From Myxococcota bacterium (GTDB lineage Bacteria > Myxococcota_A > Bradymonadia > UBA7976 > UBA1532): DNA of 64,000 nt. Below the pieces are notes generated by a model, which saw nothing but the letters and a program-made list of their open reading frames with translations, did no database searches and was not told the origin of the DNA. Position 1 is the stretch's first letter. The number at the start of each line of letters is the position of its first letter. The DNA lies in NCBI GenBank assembly GCA_036337435.1, contig JAYZEG010000008.1, positions 14,563-78,562 of the forward strand, read 5' to 3'. Positions 19,794 to 29,148 of this stretch are shown here, one piece after another. The translations under genes and the position numbers were made by a program.

Positions 19794-21104
19794 CTAATTT
19801 TTAGGTGCTGCGTAATCAGCGACAACAGACCATGTTTTCTTCTCAAAGTCCGGTTTAAGAACACGGGTTTTCTTACTGACCACGTATGGAAAGCTGGTCA
19901 TATCGATAGCTGGAACCATGCCTCCAGCTGTAAAGTCTTTCGTACTCTGCAATGCCTTCAGATAGCCAGCCCGAGTCAAGTCACCCGCAGCAATCGCCCG
20001 CTTTGCCACCTCGATTGAAAAGAGTGCTTGGATGTATGACATCAACAAGTAAAAATCCGGTCTTGCATCTTTCCCGTGCGCCTTGAATGCCGCCAGAAAC
20101 TTGTCCATACCGGGCACTTTTTCCCCCCAAAAGGGTAAGCCATTAGCCCAATAGTAGTTTGTAAAGACAGCCGCGGGCAGCTTCGGATGCGCAAAAAATG
20201 CATCCAACCAGCTTGGTGTGGCACCGACCCAAGTCGGCATGAACTTCATGGCAGCTGCGGTGCCGAGGAGTTTGGCGGAATTGGTCGGCAAAATCGCCAT
20301 ATAGATGTGAGTCGCCCCTGCGTTCTTTAATGCAGTCACTTCAGCGGCCATACTCGCTTGGCCAGGCTTAACTGCGCGTTCTGCCACTATGGCCACCCCA
20401 TGCGCTTTTGCCGCATCAACCCAACCCTTATAGCCATCTTTTCCATAGTCATCCTGTTGATAGACTATCGCTGCTTTCACCTTGTCCGTTCCACCCGCTG
20501 AGTCGATCACCCAATCCATCGCACGCGATGCCTCCACAACGTAGGAGGGTCCAGTTGGTGGCGTGTGTTTATTGCTCGCCATCAGAGATGACAATGAGGC
20601 AGGATAGGCCACCAAGTTGTCCTTACCCAGGAACGGTCTGAGTGGCAGTGTCGTCGGCGTCCCAAAACTTAGGCCAAGAAAGAGGACATCGTCCTTGATG
20701 GCATCGAACCCCTGTTGAGCCTTTGACGGGTTGTACCCATGGTCTTTCCTTACCAATTCAATTTTCCAGCCCTCAGGCAAGAGGCCAGACTGACCAGCAT
20801 TAATCTGGTCCGCAAGGATCTGCTTGCCTGAACCGAAGGGCTTACCGATAACTGCAACCGGTCCACTTTCAGCGTTCAAAACGCCAATGCGGATAGTCTT
20901 ACTCGCGAGATCGACACCCTTATCCGTCTTGATGACGGGCGCACTTGCGCTTGCCTTTGTTTTCGTTGCTTTGGGCGTCACCGTACTCTGTGAGCTGGCG
21001 TTGGTCGCTTTGGCTGTCTTTTTGTCTACGTTGTTCTCGCTGCATGCACCCATGGCAAGCAACAGAAAGAAAACACTGATGGTCTCAAATTTACTCAACT
21101 TCAC
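19794..21104 (-). CDS. ABC substrate-binding lipoprotein (Liv-type periplasmic binding family)
   Basis: AMGAC lipobox; IRIGV..SGP, INAG, DHGYNP, YQQDDYG; first gene of the Liv-type operon. Confidence 0.9.
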   Translation of the reverse strand: MKLSKFETISVFFLLLAMGACSENNVDKKTAKATNASSQSTVTPKATKTKASASAPVIKTDKGVDLASKTIRIGVLNAESGPVAVIGKPFGSGKQILADQINAGQSGLLPEGWKIELVRKDHGYNPSKAQQGFDAIKDDVLFLGLSFGTPTTLPLRPFLGKDNLVAYPASLSSLMASNKHTPPTGPSYVVEASRAMDWVIDSAGGTDKVKAAIVYQQDDYGKDGYKGWVDAAKAHGVAIVAERAVKPGQASMAAEVTALKNAGATHIYMAILPTNSAKLLGTAAAMKFMPTWVGATPSWLDAFFAHPKLPAAVFTNYYWANGLPFWGEKVPGMDKFLAAFKAHGKDARPDFYLLMSYIQALFSIEVAKRAIAAGDLTRAGYLKALQSTKDFTAGGMVPAIDMTSFPYVVSKKTRVLKPDFEKKTWSVVADYAAPKN

Positions 21105-21266
21105 CCGGTCCCCCTAAAAAGCTCTGTCTCCGACGAGACGTAAAAATCGCAGCGTTATCAATGCGTGAAATGAAGACGTCGTCAAGTGGGATCCGCATGG
21201 CTCGTCCCTTTCGGACGGGAATTGAATACTGACCGACCCCGAGCCATTGCGAAGGACCGCTCAAAC

Positions 21267-23396
21267 TCAGTGCAAAGCCTTCGCGCTCAGGGAGATCCGA
21301 CGCCTTTTCACATCAACCGTGAGCACCCTGACAGAGAGCATCTGGCCTGCTTCGACAACATCATGAGGCGACTTGACAAAATGGTCGGCTAATTCGGAGA
21401 TATGCACCAGACCGTCCTGATGGACCCCGATATCAACGAAGGCCCCAAAGTCGGTCACATTGGTCACCACCCCCTGCAGCACCATGCCATTTTCAAGGTC
21501 ATCGATTTCGTTGATATCCTCTTTAAACGTTGGCCGCTCAAATTCGTTGCGTGGGTCACGGCTGGGCTTTTGCAATTCGCTGAGGATGTCTAAAACCGTC
21601 GACCGCTGTACATCATCGCAAATGTAACGAGACACATCGACGAGAGCAGACAGGTCGGCTTTCCCCATCAACGTATCCGCATTCGTGTCAAGATCCCGAG
21701 CAATTCGCCTCACCAGTCCATATCGCTCCGGATGCACAGCCGACGCATCCAATGGTTCACGTCCCTGATAGACCCTCAAAAAACCGGCGGCCTGTTCAAA
21801 GGTCTTGGCACCGAGGCCGGGCACGGAAAGGATCTCTTGCCGGCTGCTAAAACGGCCGTTTTGATGCCTATATTCAACCAACGCTCGTGCCAATTTTGGC
21901 CCAACGCCGGCCACATGCGCCAGCAATGCCTGTGACGCCGTATTCAAGTCAACACCAACCCGGTTGACACAGCTTTCGACCACATATCCCAGGCGTCTCT
22001 TTAATTTGCCTTGGTCTACATCGTGTTGATACTGACCAACCCCGATGGACTGGCAAGGAATCTTAACCAATTCTGCAAGCGGGTCTTGTAATCGCCGCGC
22101 GATGCTGACGGCACCACGAACGGTTAAATCGACGTCGGGCAGTTCTTCTCCGGCGAGTTCTGATGCGCTGTACACGCTTGCACCAGACTCGCTGACCGAG
22201 ACGACGATAACCTCCTCGGGAATCGATTTGACTACGGCTCTCACAATTTTTTCGGTCTCCCGGCCACCTGTCCCGTTTCCCACGGCGATGGCTTTGGGAC
22301 GGCACTGTTCAATAAACGACCTGAGGCCGTCTACATCTGCGTCCTTTCGTCCCACGAGGTAGAGTGTTCTGTACCGGACAAGTTCGCCGCGTGCGGAAAC
22401 ATGAGCGCATTTACACCCAGTTCGGATGCCTGGGTCGATCCCCATCACGGACGATGAACCGAAAGGGGGTGCTAAGAGAAGAGCCTCGACATTCTTCTGA
22501 AAAACATCGATTGCCCCGTCATCGGCTCGATTTTTAAGCTGATTGCGAACGTATCGTTCCGCCGCCGGAGCCAGCACCTTTTTAAATGCATCGTCGATGG
22601 CGAGGCCCATTTGCTCACCGTAGGGCGAATCCGGATAGTAGCGCTGTCGACGCCTGAACTGGGCAAGACTCCTGTCCATGTCAGGCCGGATGGTCATACT
22701 CAGAACTCCGCTATCTTCCCCACGGCAAATGGCCAGGTATCGATGGGATGGGATGGTTCGGACGCGTTCCTGGAAATCGACATAACTCCGATATTGGTCA
22801 GCCTGTTCGACGCCGCGTTTCTTCTTTGCCTGGACCAAGCCGTGCTGCATAAACATGGACCGTACGAGACTCCGATTACCGGGCGATTTAGCGAGTTCAT
22901 CAACGACGATGTCTCGAGCACCAGCGAGCACTTTGGCAGAGTCATTGAACGGCGTGTTTGGCTTCACGTAACGCTGCGCATCGGTCAGCACATCCGCATG
23001 CCTCGGCTGGCTCAACACACGTGCCGCAAGGGCCCCTAATCCATGGTTGCGCGCCACATCCGCCCGACTGTTTTTTCGTTTCTTGAAAGGTGCATAAAGG
23101 TCTTCTAACTCACCTTTGGTCTCACACGCCTCAAACTGTCTACTCAATGACTCTGTAAGTTGCCCCGATTCACCCAGTTTTTTAAGAATTATCTGCCTGC
23201 GCTGCTCAAGCTCTGCCAAGTAGACCTTGCGTTCCAAAATATGCCTCAATTGAACTTCATTGAGCCCACCCGTTCGTTCCTTCCTGTAGCGCGCAATAAA
23301 AGGCAGTGTCGCGCCGTCGTCAAACAGGCGCAAGGCCGCCTCTACTTGTCTTGACGCCACACCCAGTTCGTTCGCGATCAAATGTGCAATTCCCAT
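21267..23396 (-). CDS. tex: Tex-family RNA-binding transcriptional accessory protein
   Basis: GATLPFIARYRKERTG, GIDPGIRTGCK, ARRLQDPLAELVKI, C-terminal S1 domain (FGAFVDIGVHQDGLVHIS); start set at ATG 23396. Confidence 0.95.
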   Translation of the reverse strand: MGIAHLIANELGVASRQVEAALRLFDDGATLPFIARYRKERTGGLNEVQLRHILERKVYLAELEQRRQIILKKLGESGQLTESLSRQFEACETKGELEDLYAPFKKRKNSRADVARNHGLGALAARVLSQPRHADVLTDAQRYVKPNTPFNDSAKVLAGARDIVVDELAKSPGNRSLVRSMFMQHGLVQAKKKRGVEQADQYRSYVDFQERVRTIPSHRYLAICRGEDSGVLSMTIRPDMDRSLAQFRRRQRYYPDSPYGEQMGLAIDDAFKKVLAPAAERYVRNQLKNRADDGAIDVFQKNVEALLLAPPFGSSSVMGIDPGIRTGCKCAHVSARGELVRYRTLYLVGRKDADVDGLRSFIEQCRPKAIAVGNGTGGRETEKIVRAVVKSIPEEVIVVSVSESGASVYSASELAGEELPDVDLTVRGAVSIARRLQDPLAELVKIPCQSIGVGQYQHDVDQGKLKRRLGYVVESCVNRVGVDLNTASQALLAHVAGVGPKLARALVEYRHQNGRFSSRQEILSVPGLGAKTFEQAAGFLRVYQGREPLDASAVHPERYGLVRRIARDLDTNADTLMGKADLSALVDVSRYICDDVQRSTVLDILSELQKPSRDPRNEFERPTFKEDINEIDDLENGMVLQGVVTNVTDFGAFVDIGVHQDGLVHISELADHFVKSPHDVVEAGQMLSVRVLTVDVKRRRISLSAKALH

Positions 23397-23645
23397 TTCA
23401 ATATCCTGCAGCACAGTGTCTATGCCTTTGTGAATAATGGGTATTGGGGATGATGGGAAGAAAACAAAGACAGAGTTTTGCAAGAGCCCAACCGTAGAAC
23501 CAGTGTGGACTTAACGCCGTTTGATTGTCGGCCGATGTATGCCAGAGCAAACGACCTATGCAGCTGAACCGGCTCGATATCCCTCATTTGGGAAGCAAGT
23601 CCGGTTCTATGATGTCCCGGCAGGTGGGCTGTTTCCGACGGGCAC

Positions 23646-24221
23646 CTACCCGCCCGATGTCGTCAGGGCTCCTTCGATTTCACGTACCAGGTCAAGATCG
23701 GTTGGTTTTGTCAGGGAGGAAAAACGATTCACCAGCTGACCACGTCGGTTTATTAAGAATTTCTCGAAATTCCAACGAACGCCCGCGTGCCGCCCAACAC
23801 TGGTCCCCATCAAGCGACGGAACAGTGGGTCAGCCTGTCCTTTGACCTTCTGTTTCTTGAGCAACGGAAACGTCACGCCATATTCCCGCTTGGCAAACGC
23901 CGCGATTTCGGCCTCCGTGCCTGGTTCTTGCTGTCCGAACTGATTGCACGGCACACCAATCACCAGCAAGCCCCGCGCTTTGTAACGCTCGTAGAGCCGC
24001 TGCAGCGCACCGTATTGGGAGGTGAAGCCGCATTGGGATGCCACGTTGACGATCAACACCACTTTGTTCTCGTAGAGCCGAGGGGGCAGAACCACTCCGT
24101 CGATGGAATGGAGAGTCAGCCCTTCAAACACTGACGTTTCCTTCAATGCAGCCTCCTTGGCCGCCTGGCTGACGGTGCACCCGCTCAGCATCAAACATGC
24201 GATAAGATAAAAGCGAAACAT
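23646..24221 (-). CDS. Glutathione peroxidase family, Cys-type, predicted lipoprotein
   Basis: VNVASQCGFT, PCNQFGQQEPG, WNFEKFL; LSGC lipobox after ATG 24221. Confidence 0.93.
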   Translation of the reverse strand: MFRFYLIACLMLSGCTVSQAAKEAALKETSVFEGLTLHSIDGVVLPPRLYENKVVLIVNVASQCGFTSQYGALQRLYERYKARGLLVIGVPCNQFGQQEPGTEAEIAAFAKREYGVTFPLLKKQKVKGQADPLFRRLMGTSVGRHAGVRWNFEKFLINRRGQLVNRFSSLTKPTDLDLVREIEGALTTSGG

Positions 24222-24439
24222 GATTACAGACCTCGTACTATGCAAGGCTTAAGAGTTTACTTTGTCCAGCAATGTTACACGAACCAGGACAATCGTCAGT
24301 GAAGCCGTCGCCCTGAGACAGCCGCTGAATCTCAAGGGTTTCATTTTCAGGGTTGTCATCGTGCATCAGACCCGAGCAAACTGTCGTGACATCGGATCGG
24401 TACTGACAGGCCTCCACCGGTCTCGCAGAAGGGACAATC

Positions 24440-25561
24440 ATGGCACGAGCATTTAACCACTATGGATGGAAGGTCTCTCCATACACGGCGAAAACCCGCG
24501 CCTACTTGACGTATCAGTCTTTTCGTTTCAACGACATAGAGCCCACAGCACTGGCCCTGTACGGCCAAATCAAACCCCAAATCGGGCGAATCATTATGCC
24601 CACGGTCAAACTCAATGATGGGCAGTGGATTCAAGACTCTAGCAATATCATCGACCACTTTGAGGAAAACGGCTGTCGTTTATCGGGACGCCCGAGCGGA
24701 CCTGTGCAAGCCTTCGCCAGTTCACTGTTGGAGGTTTTTGCCGATGAGTGGCTGCCGATGGCAGCATTACACTATCGATGGAATATCGAACAAAACCACG
24801 AATATGCGCTCAATGAATTCAGCCGGTCTGGATTTCCCTGGCTTCCGCGTCTGGTAGGCCGGCGTTTAATTCGACCCATGGCCGATAAAATGCGGAGTTA
24901 TTTACCCGTTTTGGGTGTATCGCAAGTCACAATCCCTGGCGTTGAAGAAACCACCCTTGCTACGTTGACCTGCCTGAACACGCAATTGTCCCAGACCCCG
25001 TATGTCTTCGGATGGCGTGCTTGCATTGGAGATTTCGCGCTCTTCGGTCCCCTTTGGGCTCATCTATATCGAGATCCCGGGAGCCGACATTTGTTTGACT
25101 CTTTTCCAGCTGTGCGCGAGTGGATCGATCGGCTAAAGACGGGCTATCAAGCCGATGGCCAATTTGTCGAGAATGACCAAATACCAGCCGCTTTGGCACC
25201 TTTATTTGCCTTAATCATGGATGACCAGTGGGCCTGGATCAACACACTCGTGACACAGATTGACAGGTACTGCTCCGATACCCCGGATGCCCGACGAGTT
25301 CCACGGGCACTCGGTGTCGCCCCCTTTACGATTCGAGGGTTGCCGGGCGAACGAAAACTGATTACTGGGGTTCAATGGAAAGCCCAACGAGTGCGCCGAT
25401 GCTACGATGCGGCACCCGACCACTGCGAGGCATGGCTGCGGACGTTACCCGCCCACGACGGCAAAAGACAGCGGGTCATTCCCACCATCAAAAACCGACT
25501 CACTTATCACGAGCACGCGATGGTCCTCGAAGCACCGCTGACGACCCCCTCAATGGATTGA
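24440..25561 (+). CDS. Glutathione S-transferase family protein
   Basis: SPYTAKTRAYL, MPTV..QDSSNII, CIGDFALFGPLWAHLYRDP. Confidence 0.88.
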   Translation: MARAFNHYGWKVSPYTAKTRAYLTYQSFRFNDIEPTALALYGQIKPQIGRIIMPTVKLNDGQWIQDSSNIIDHFEENGCRLSGRPSGPVQAFASSLLEVFADEWLPMAALHYRWNIEQNHEYALNEFSRSGFPWLPRLVGRRLIRPMADKMRSYLPVLGVSQVTIPGVEETTLATLTCLNTQLSQTPYVFGWRACIGDFALFGPLWAHLYRDPGSRHLFDSFPAVREWIDRLKTGYQADGQFVENDQIPAALAPLFALIMDDQWAWINTLVTQIDRYCSDTPDARRVPRALGVAPFTIRGLPGERKLITGVQWKAQRVRRCYDAAPDHCEAWLRTLPAHDGKRQRVIPTIKNRLTYHEHAMVLEAPLTTPSMD

Positions 25562-25583
25562 GTTAGTCTGCAACGTATCCAGT

Positions 25584-26321
25584 CTAATAACGATAGATCA
25601 TCCTGACTAGGTCGGGCTTGTCGCCGTTGGCATCAGCGATATGTGTAGGGCCGACATATTCCAGTAACCGGCCCGATTTTTTATCGTAGACCAGCTTCAT
25701 TTGAACGCCAGCAAAGAACCTCAGAATAGCACTGTTAAGGTCGACTTTGATAAACAGCCTATCCCCCTCTTCTGCCTGCCCCTCCAAGCGAAAGGTGAAA
25801 TAGTCAAACCGACCGGGGATCAAAAGCCGGATTTTCTTTTTTGTGCCGACTTTGAAGGCACCACTCTTGATGATGCCGCGTAAATACCAGTGAAACCCCT
25901 GACCTGCGACTGTAATGGGCGCCGTTGGGGGTCGATAGATCTTTTCTTCTAAGGTGTCTTTCTGTGTGTCGCGACGATACATTAACGGGCGGCCATCGAC
26001 CAACCGGACTCCATGCTGTTCCCCGGTCCGCCGGTCAACATAATCATAGGAATAACGGTCAGTCACCGTTTGAAAATTCATTTCCAAGCGGCCCCACAGA
26101 ACCTTATCTGGGCTATAATAACGTGTAACCGCTGCGACAGGATTACCTTGACTCAATCGGTCGACGTGTTCCTCGATGTAGAAGATGTGCCCGGTCTTAG
26201 GGTGCGTCGCAATCGCGGTATATTCAAGCGTCCTTGACGCGTTCAACTCAGCCGACGCTGATTGTAGACCAAGGACCAACTGAAGGGCGACAATGCACCC
26301 AACGTTTGCGAACCACTTCAT
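25584..26321 (-). CDS. Secreted hypothetical protein
   Basis: Signal peptide, ggag RBS, beta-rich 245-aa ORF. Confidence 0.7.
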   Translation of the reverse strand: MKWFANVGCIVALQLVLGLQSASAELNASRTLEYTAIATHPKTGHIFYIEEHVDRLSQGNPVAAVTRYYSPDKVLWGRLEMNFQTVTDRYSYDYVDRRTGEQHGVRLVDGRPLMYRRDTQKDTLEEKIYRPPTAPITVAGQGFHWYLRGIIKSGAFKVGTKKKIRLLIPGRFDYFTFRLEGQAEEGDRLFIKVDLNSAILRFFAGVQMKLVYDKKSGRLLEYVGPTHIADANGDKPDLVRMIYRY

Positions 26322-26515
26322 ATCTCCCCCTACGCCCCACCAACGTGTCTGCAGGATACCGAGATCAAATGGAAATTACCAACTGGGAATATACGACACT
26401 CATGGGCCCGATGACTGGTGCCACAGGTGTCCCTTGGCAAGTTTAAGGATCTGCGTGCCACCGTTACACCGCCAACTGCATCAGTCATGCAACCCCCCAT
26501 GCAGGAGCGAGTGTC

Positions 26516-27322
26516 ATGCCCGAAGGTCATACGATTCATCGACTCGCGAGAGACCACAGTAAACCGTTTGAAGGACAAACCGTCGTCAGCACATCGCCTC
26601 AGGGCCGCTTCACCGAAGGAGCAGAGCGCCTCAACGGTCAGCGTGTAGACCGGGTTTTCGCCCATGGGAAACACCTTTTTTACCAATTCAGCAGCAGCCA
26701 ACATGGCCCGCTTTACTGCCACGTGCACTTAGGCCTATTCGGCCGTTTCAAAAAAATAAAAGCTCCGTTCGGTGACCCGAAACCGACGGTTCGTTGGCGT
26801 CTCACTACACGAACAGCGGGTTTCGACCTGACCGGGCCAAACTACTGCGAACTTCTGGATGAGCTCGCGGTGAGGCGGCTTCGGAATCGTTTGGGGCCAG
26901 ACCCATTAGCATCGACTGACCAGGGAGAGGCGTTTGCGGCCAATATGGCGAAGACGCGTAGGGCCATTGGCGCAGTTCTACTCGACCAGGCGATGGTGTC
27001 TGGGGTTGGCAATATCTATCGGTGTGAGTTGCTATGGGCGCACGGCTTATCGCCCACCCAGCGAGCCTGTGACGTTGACTCAAAAGAGATCACGGCTCTT
27101 TGGACGACCATGCGGCGGTGGCTCAAAATTGGTGTCGAAACCAACAAAATTATCACAACGCTAGACGACGATGAGAGACCAGCAAAAGCATTGACACGGT
27201 CCGAACAGGTACGCATTTACAAAAAAGAGGTCTGCCCGAAATGCGAAAATCCAATCTCGATTAAGTCGATTGCACAACGAAAATTGTATTTTTGTCCCCA
27301 GTGTCAACGTGAATCAGACTAA
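26516..27322 (+). CDS. nei: Fpg/Nei family DNA glycosylase (Nei1-like)
   Basis: [37 protein letters not shown]-terminal CxxC..CxxC zinc finger. Confidence 0.93.
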   Translation: MPEGHTIHRLARDHSKPFEGQTVVSTSPQGRFTEGAERLNGQRVDRVFAHGKHLFYQFSSSQHGPLYCHVHLGLFGRFKKIKAPFGDPKPTVRWRLTTRTAGFDLTGPNYCELLDELAVRRLRNRLGPDPLASTDQGEAFAANMAKTRRAIGAVLLDQAMVSGVGNIYRCELLWAHGLSPTQRACDVDSKEITALWTTMRRWLKIGVETNKIITTLDDDERPAKALTRSEQVRIYKKEVCPKCENPISIKSIAQRKLYFCPQCQRESD

Positions 27323-27689
27323 ACATTGCCCAAGCTGCGGTCGGTCCTTCGAGTGGCGTAAAAAATGGGCGTCCAACTGGACTGAGGTTCGGTATTGCTC
27401 TGCCCTCTGTCGCCGTCAGCGACTTGAGCGTAGGGATAACCACTTACACGAAATCATCCTGCGATTGCTTCACGCACAGCAGCCAAAAGACGGGTTAAAA
27501 GCATCTCAAATTGCCGACCATGCCTTCGGATCTCGAAAAGCGGCCGATTGTGAACGGGTGCTTCGTGCTGCGCGGCGACTGGCCCTCGACGCAAAAGTCA
27601 TTTTCTTCGAGAACGCGAAGCGAGTCGATGCCACGCATGCACGGCTCTCAGCCCAAATCAAGCTGAGTAGAGGGTCTGTTGATGTCTAG
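27309..27689 (+). CDS. DUF2256 domain protein with DUF3253-like C-terminal domain
   Basis: [30 protein letters not shown]-terminal RAARRLA; GTG start overlapping the nei 3' end. Confidence 0.85.
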   Translation: MNQTKHCPSCGRSFEWRKKWASNWTEVRYCSALCRRQRLERRDNHLHEIILRLLHAQQPKDGLKASQIADHAFGSRKAADCERVLRAARRLALDAKVIFFENAKRVDATHARLSAQIKLSRGSVDV

Positions 27690-28104
27690 ACGCAGAAACC
27701 AGCTGATGCTGTTCTGTGCCGCCCACGATAAGACATTCGAGCTGGGCAGCCAACGCGACGCGGGCTGGCAAGGGAAGTGCATTCACTGCCAGCGTAAAGT
27801 GTTATTACGTCGAGACGGCAAGCCTCATTCTGGATCGACATTAGAACATATCTGGCCTCGGTCGAAGGGAGGCAGCGACCACCCTGACAATCTGGCCATC
27901 GCGTGTAGCCGTTGCAATTCACAAAAGGGCCGAAAAATCGACATCCTGGATAACGATGATCCTCGTTTGATCAAGGTCGTCAACTCATTGAAGAAGAGAA
28001 AATCGGACCGCCTAAGACACGATATAAACCATCTTCCCGCCGATCTCCTGTGGGTCATCACAAACCTGCTGCCAACCGCGCCAGACCCATTCAACGAGGC
28101 CTGA
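27682..28104 (+). CDS. HNH endonuclease
   Basis: [26 protein letters not shown]. Confidence 0.9.
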   Translation: MSRRRNQLMLFCAAHDKTFELGSQRDAGWQGKCIHCQRKVLLRRDGKPHSGSTLEHIWPRSKGGSDHPDNLAIACSRCNSQKGRKIDILDNDDPRLIKVVNSLKKRKSDRLRHDINHLPADLLWVITNLLPTAPDPFNEA

Positions 28105-29005
28105 GCGGACGCCCGCGATTCAGCCGTGGCCCTCGCCGCGGTGCCCGAATATCAGACCCGAAGATGATGCGCTGCACATACCAACGCTGGCCTCTCCAAG
28201 GGGCCAGAAGGTCAAACATACGAGCATCATCTGCCCTTTCTTCGTTGGCAAGAACCCAGGCAACCGTATGGGGCAATTGATAATCGCCGGTAATGACGAC
28301 ATCGGGGGTGTTCGTGGAGAAACCAAGGCAATGTTCAATGGTCCAGTTTCCGATGCCAGGGATGGTTCGAAGGCGTCGTGACAACGACGTTTCATCGTCA
28401 CCCACCCACCCATCAAGTCGGTTACCGAGCCGCGCTAACTCGCGGACCACTGCCGCTCTTTTGAGAGACAGGCCACACGCTTGTAAGTGACCTAAAGGAT
28501 GCCTCTGGATATCCTCAAAGCTCGGGGGGCAGTACAAACCGTTCGGGGCCACTTGGGAACCGAACTTTAAAACCCATTGGCGCCATATTTTGGCAGCATC
28601 CCGCCATTCGATGAGCTGTTGGAAAACCGTCCGAATCAAGTCGTACCCAAGGGAGACACTCACGCCTAAATGAAGGCCGGGCAGCTTTCTCGATAAGCGT
28701 TCAAGGGTGGGATGGCCAGTGACCCGTAATGGAGCGCGGTGTAGACCAAATAATGCCTCAATCGTCTGCCTATCAAATAGCGTTCCAGCGCTGATCACAT
28801 CGACCGACAAGCGCGTCTTGTCTCGTGTGGCGTCGATGACGGTTATGGCCCCATCAAAGTGGGTTACTTTCACAAAACGATCATTGGACAAGGTTTGCGT
28901 AGGATCCCACTGACCAAAGCGCCCGAAGCGCATGGTGCCGAACAAGTCATAATGCTCGGGAAGCTCGAAATTATAGCTGGCTTGATTTTTCATAACTGTT
29001 TGCAT
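28091..29005 (-). CDS. DNA-3-methyladenine glycosylase, AlkA/HhH-GPD family
   Basis: LRTIPGIGNWT HhH motif, PDVVITGDYQLP, LLAPWRGQR. Confidence 0.85.
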   Translation of the reverse strand: MQTVMKNQASYNFELPEHYDLFGTMRFGRFGQWDPTQTLSNDRFVKVTHFDGAITVIDATRDKTRLSVDVISAGTLFDRQTIEALFGLHRAPLRVTGHPTLERLSRKLPGLHLGVSVSLGYDLIRTVFQQLIEWRDAAKIWRQWVLKFGSQVAPNGLYCPPSFEDIQRHPLGHLQACGLSLKRAAVVRELARLGNRLDGWVGDDETSLSRRLRTIPGIGNWTIEHCLGFSTNTPDVVITGDYQLPHTVAWVLANEERADDARMFDLLAPWRGQRWYVQRIIFGSDIRAPRRGPRLNRGRPLRPR

Positions 29006-29148
29006 AGCCCAGGATAATGATACGCTTCAATCAGAGACGTTACGGCCCAAATGACAACGCAATCAATCACGACACCGGGCCTAGGAGAAATCTTCAAATA
29101 TGGGCGGCTTTTGAATCTGGTCGCCCGTCATGTGTATCTGGACAAGAG

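Noticed and set aside
23646..24221. Selenocysteine glutathione peroxidase
   Set aside because: The active-site codon is TGC (Cys) and the ORF has no in-frame TGA.
26556..26584. GTAAACCGTT...CGTC look-alike of the ECF motif
   Set aside because: It lies inside the nei coding sequence, the spacer is one base shorter, and no gene start follows closely.
27682..28104. HNH as a homing endonuclease or mobile element
   Set aside because: No intron, terminal repeats or phage context; it is coupled to repair genes.
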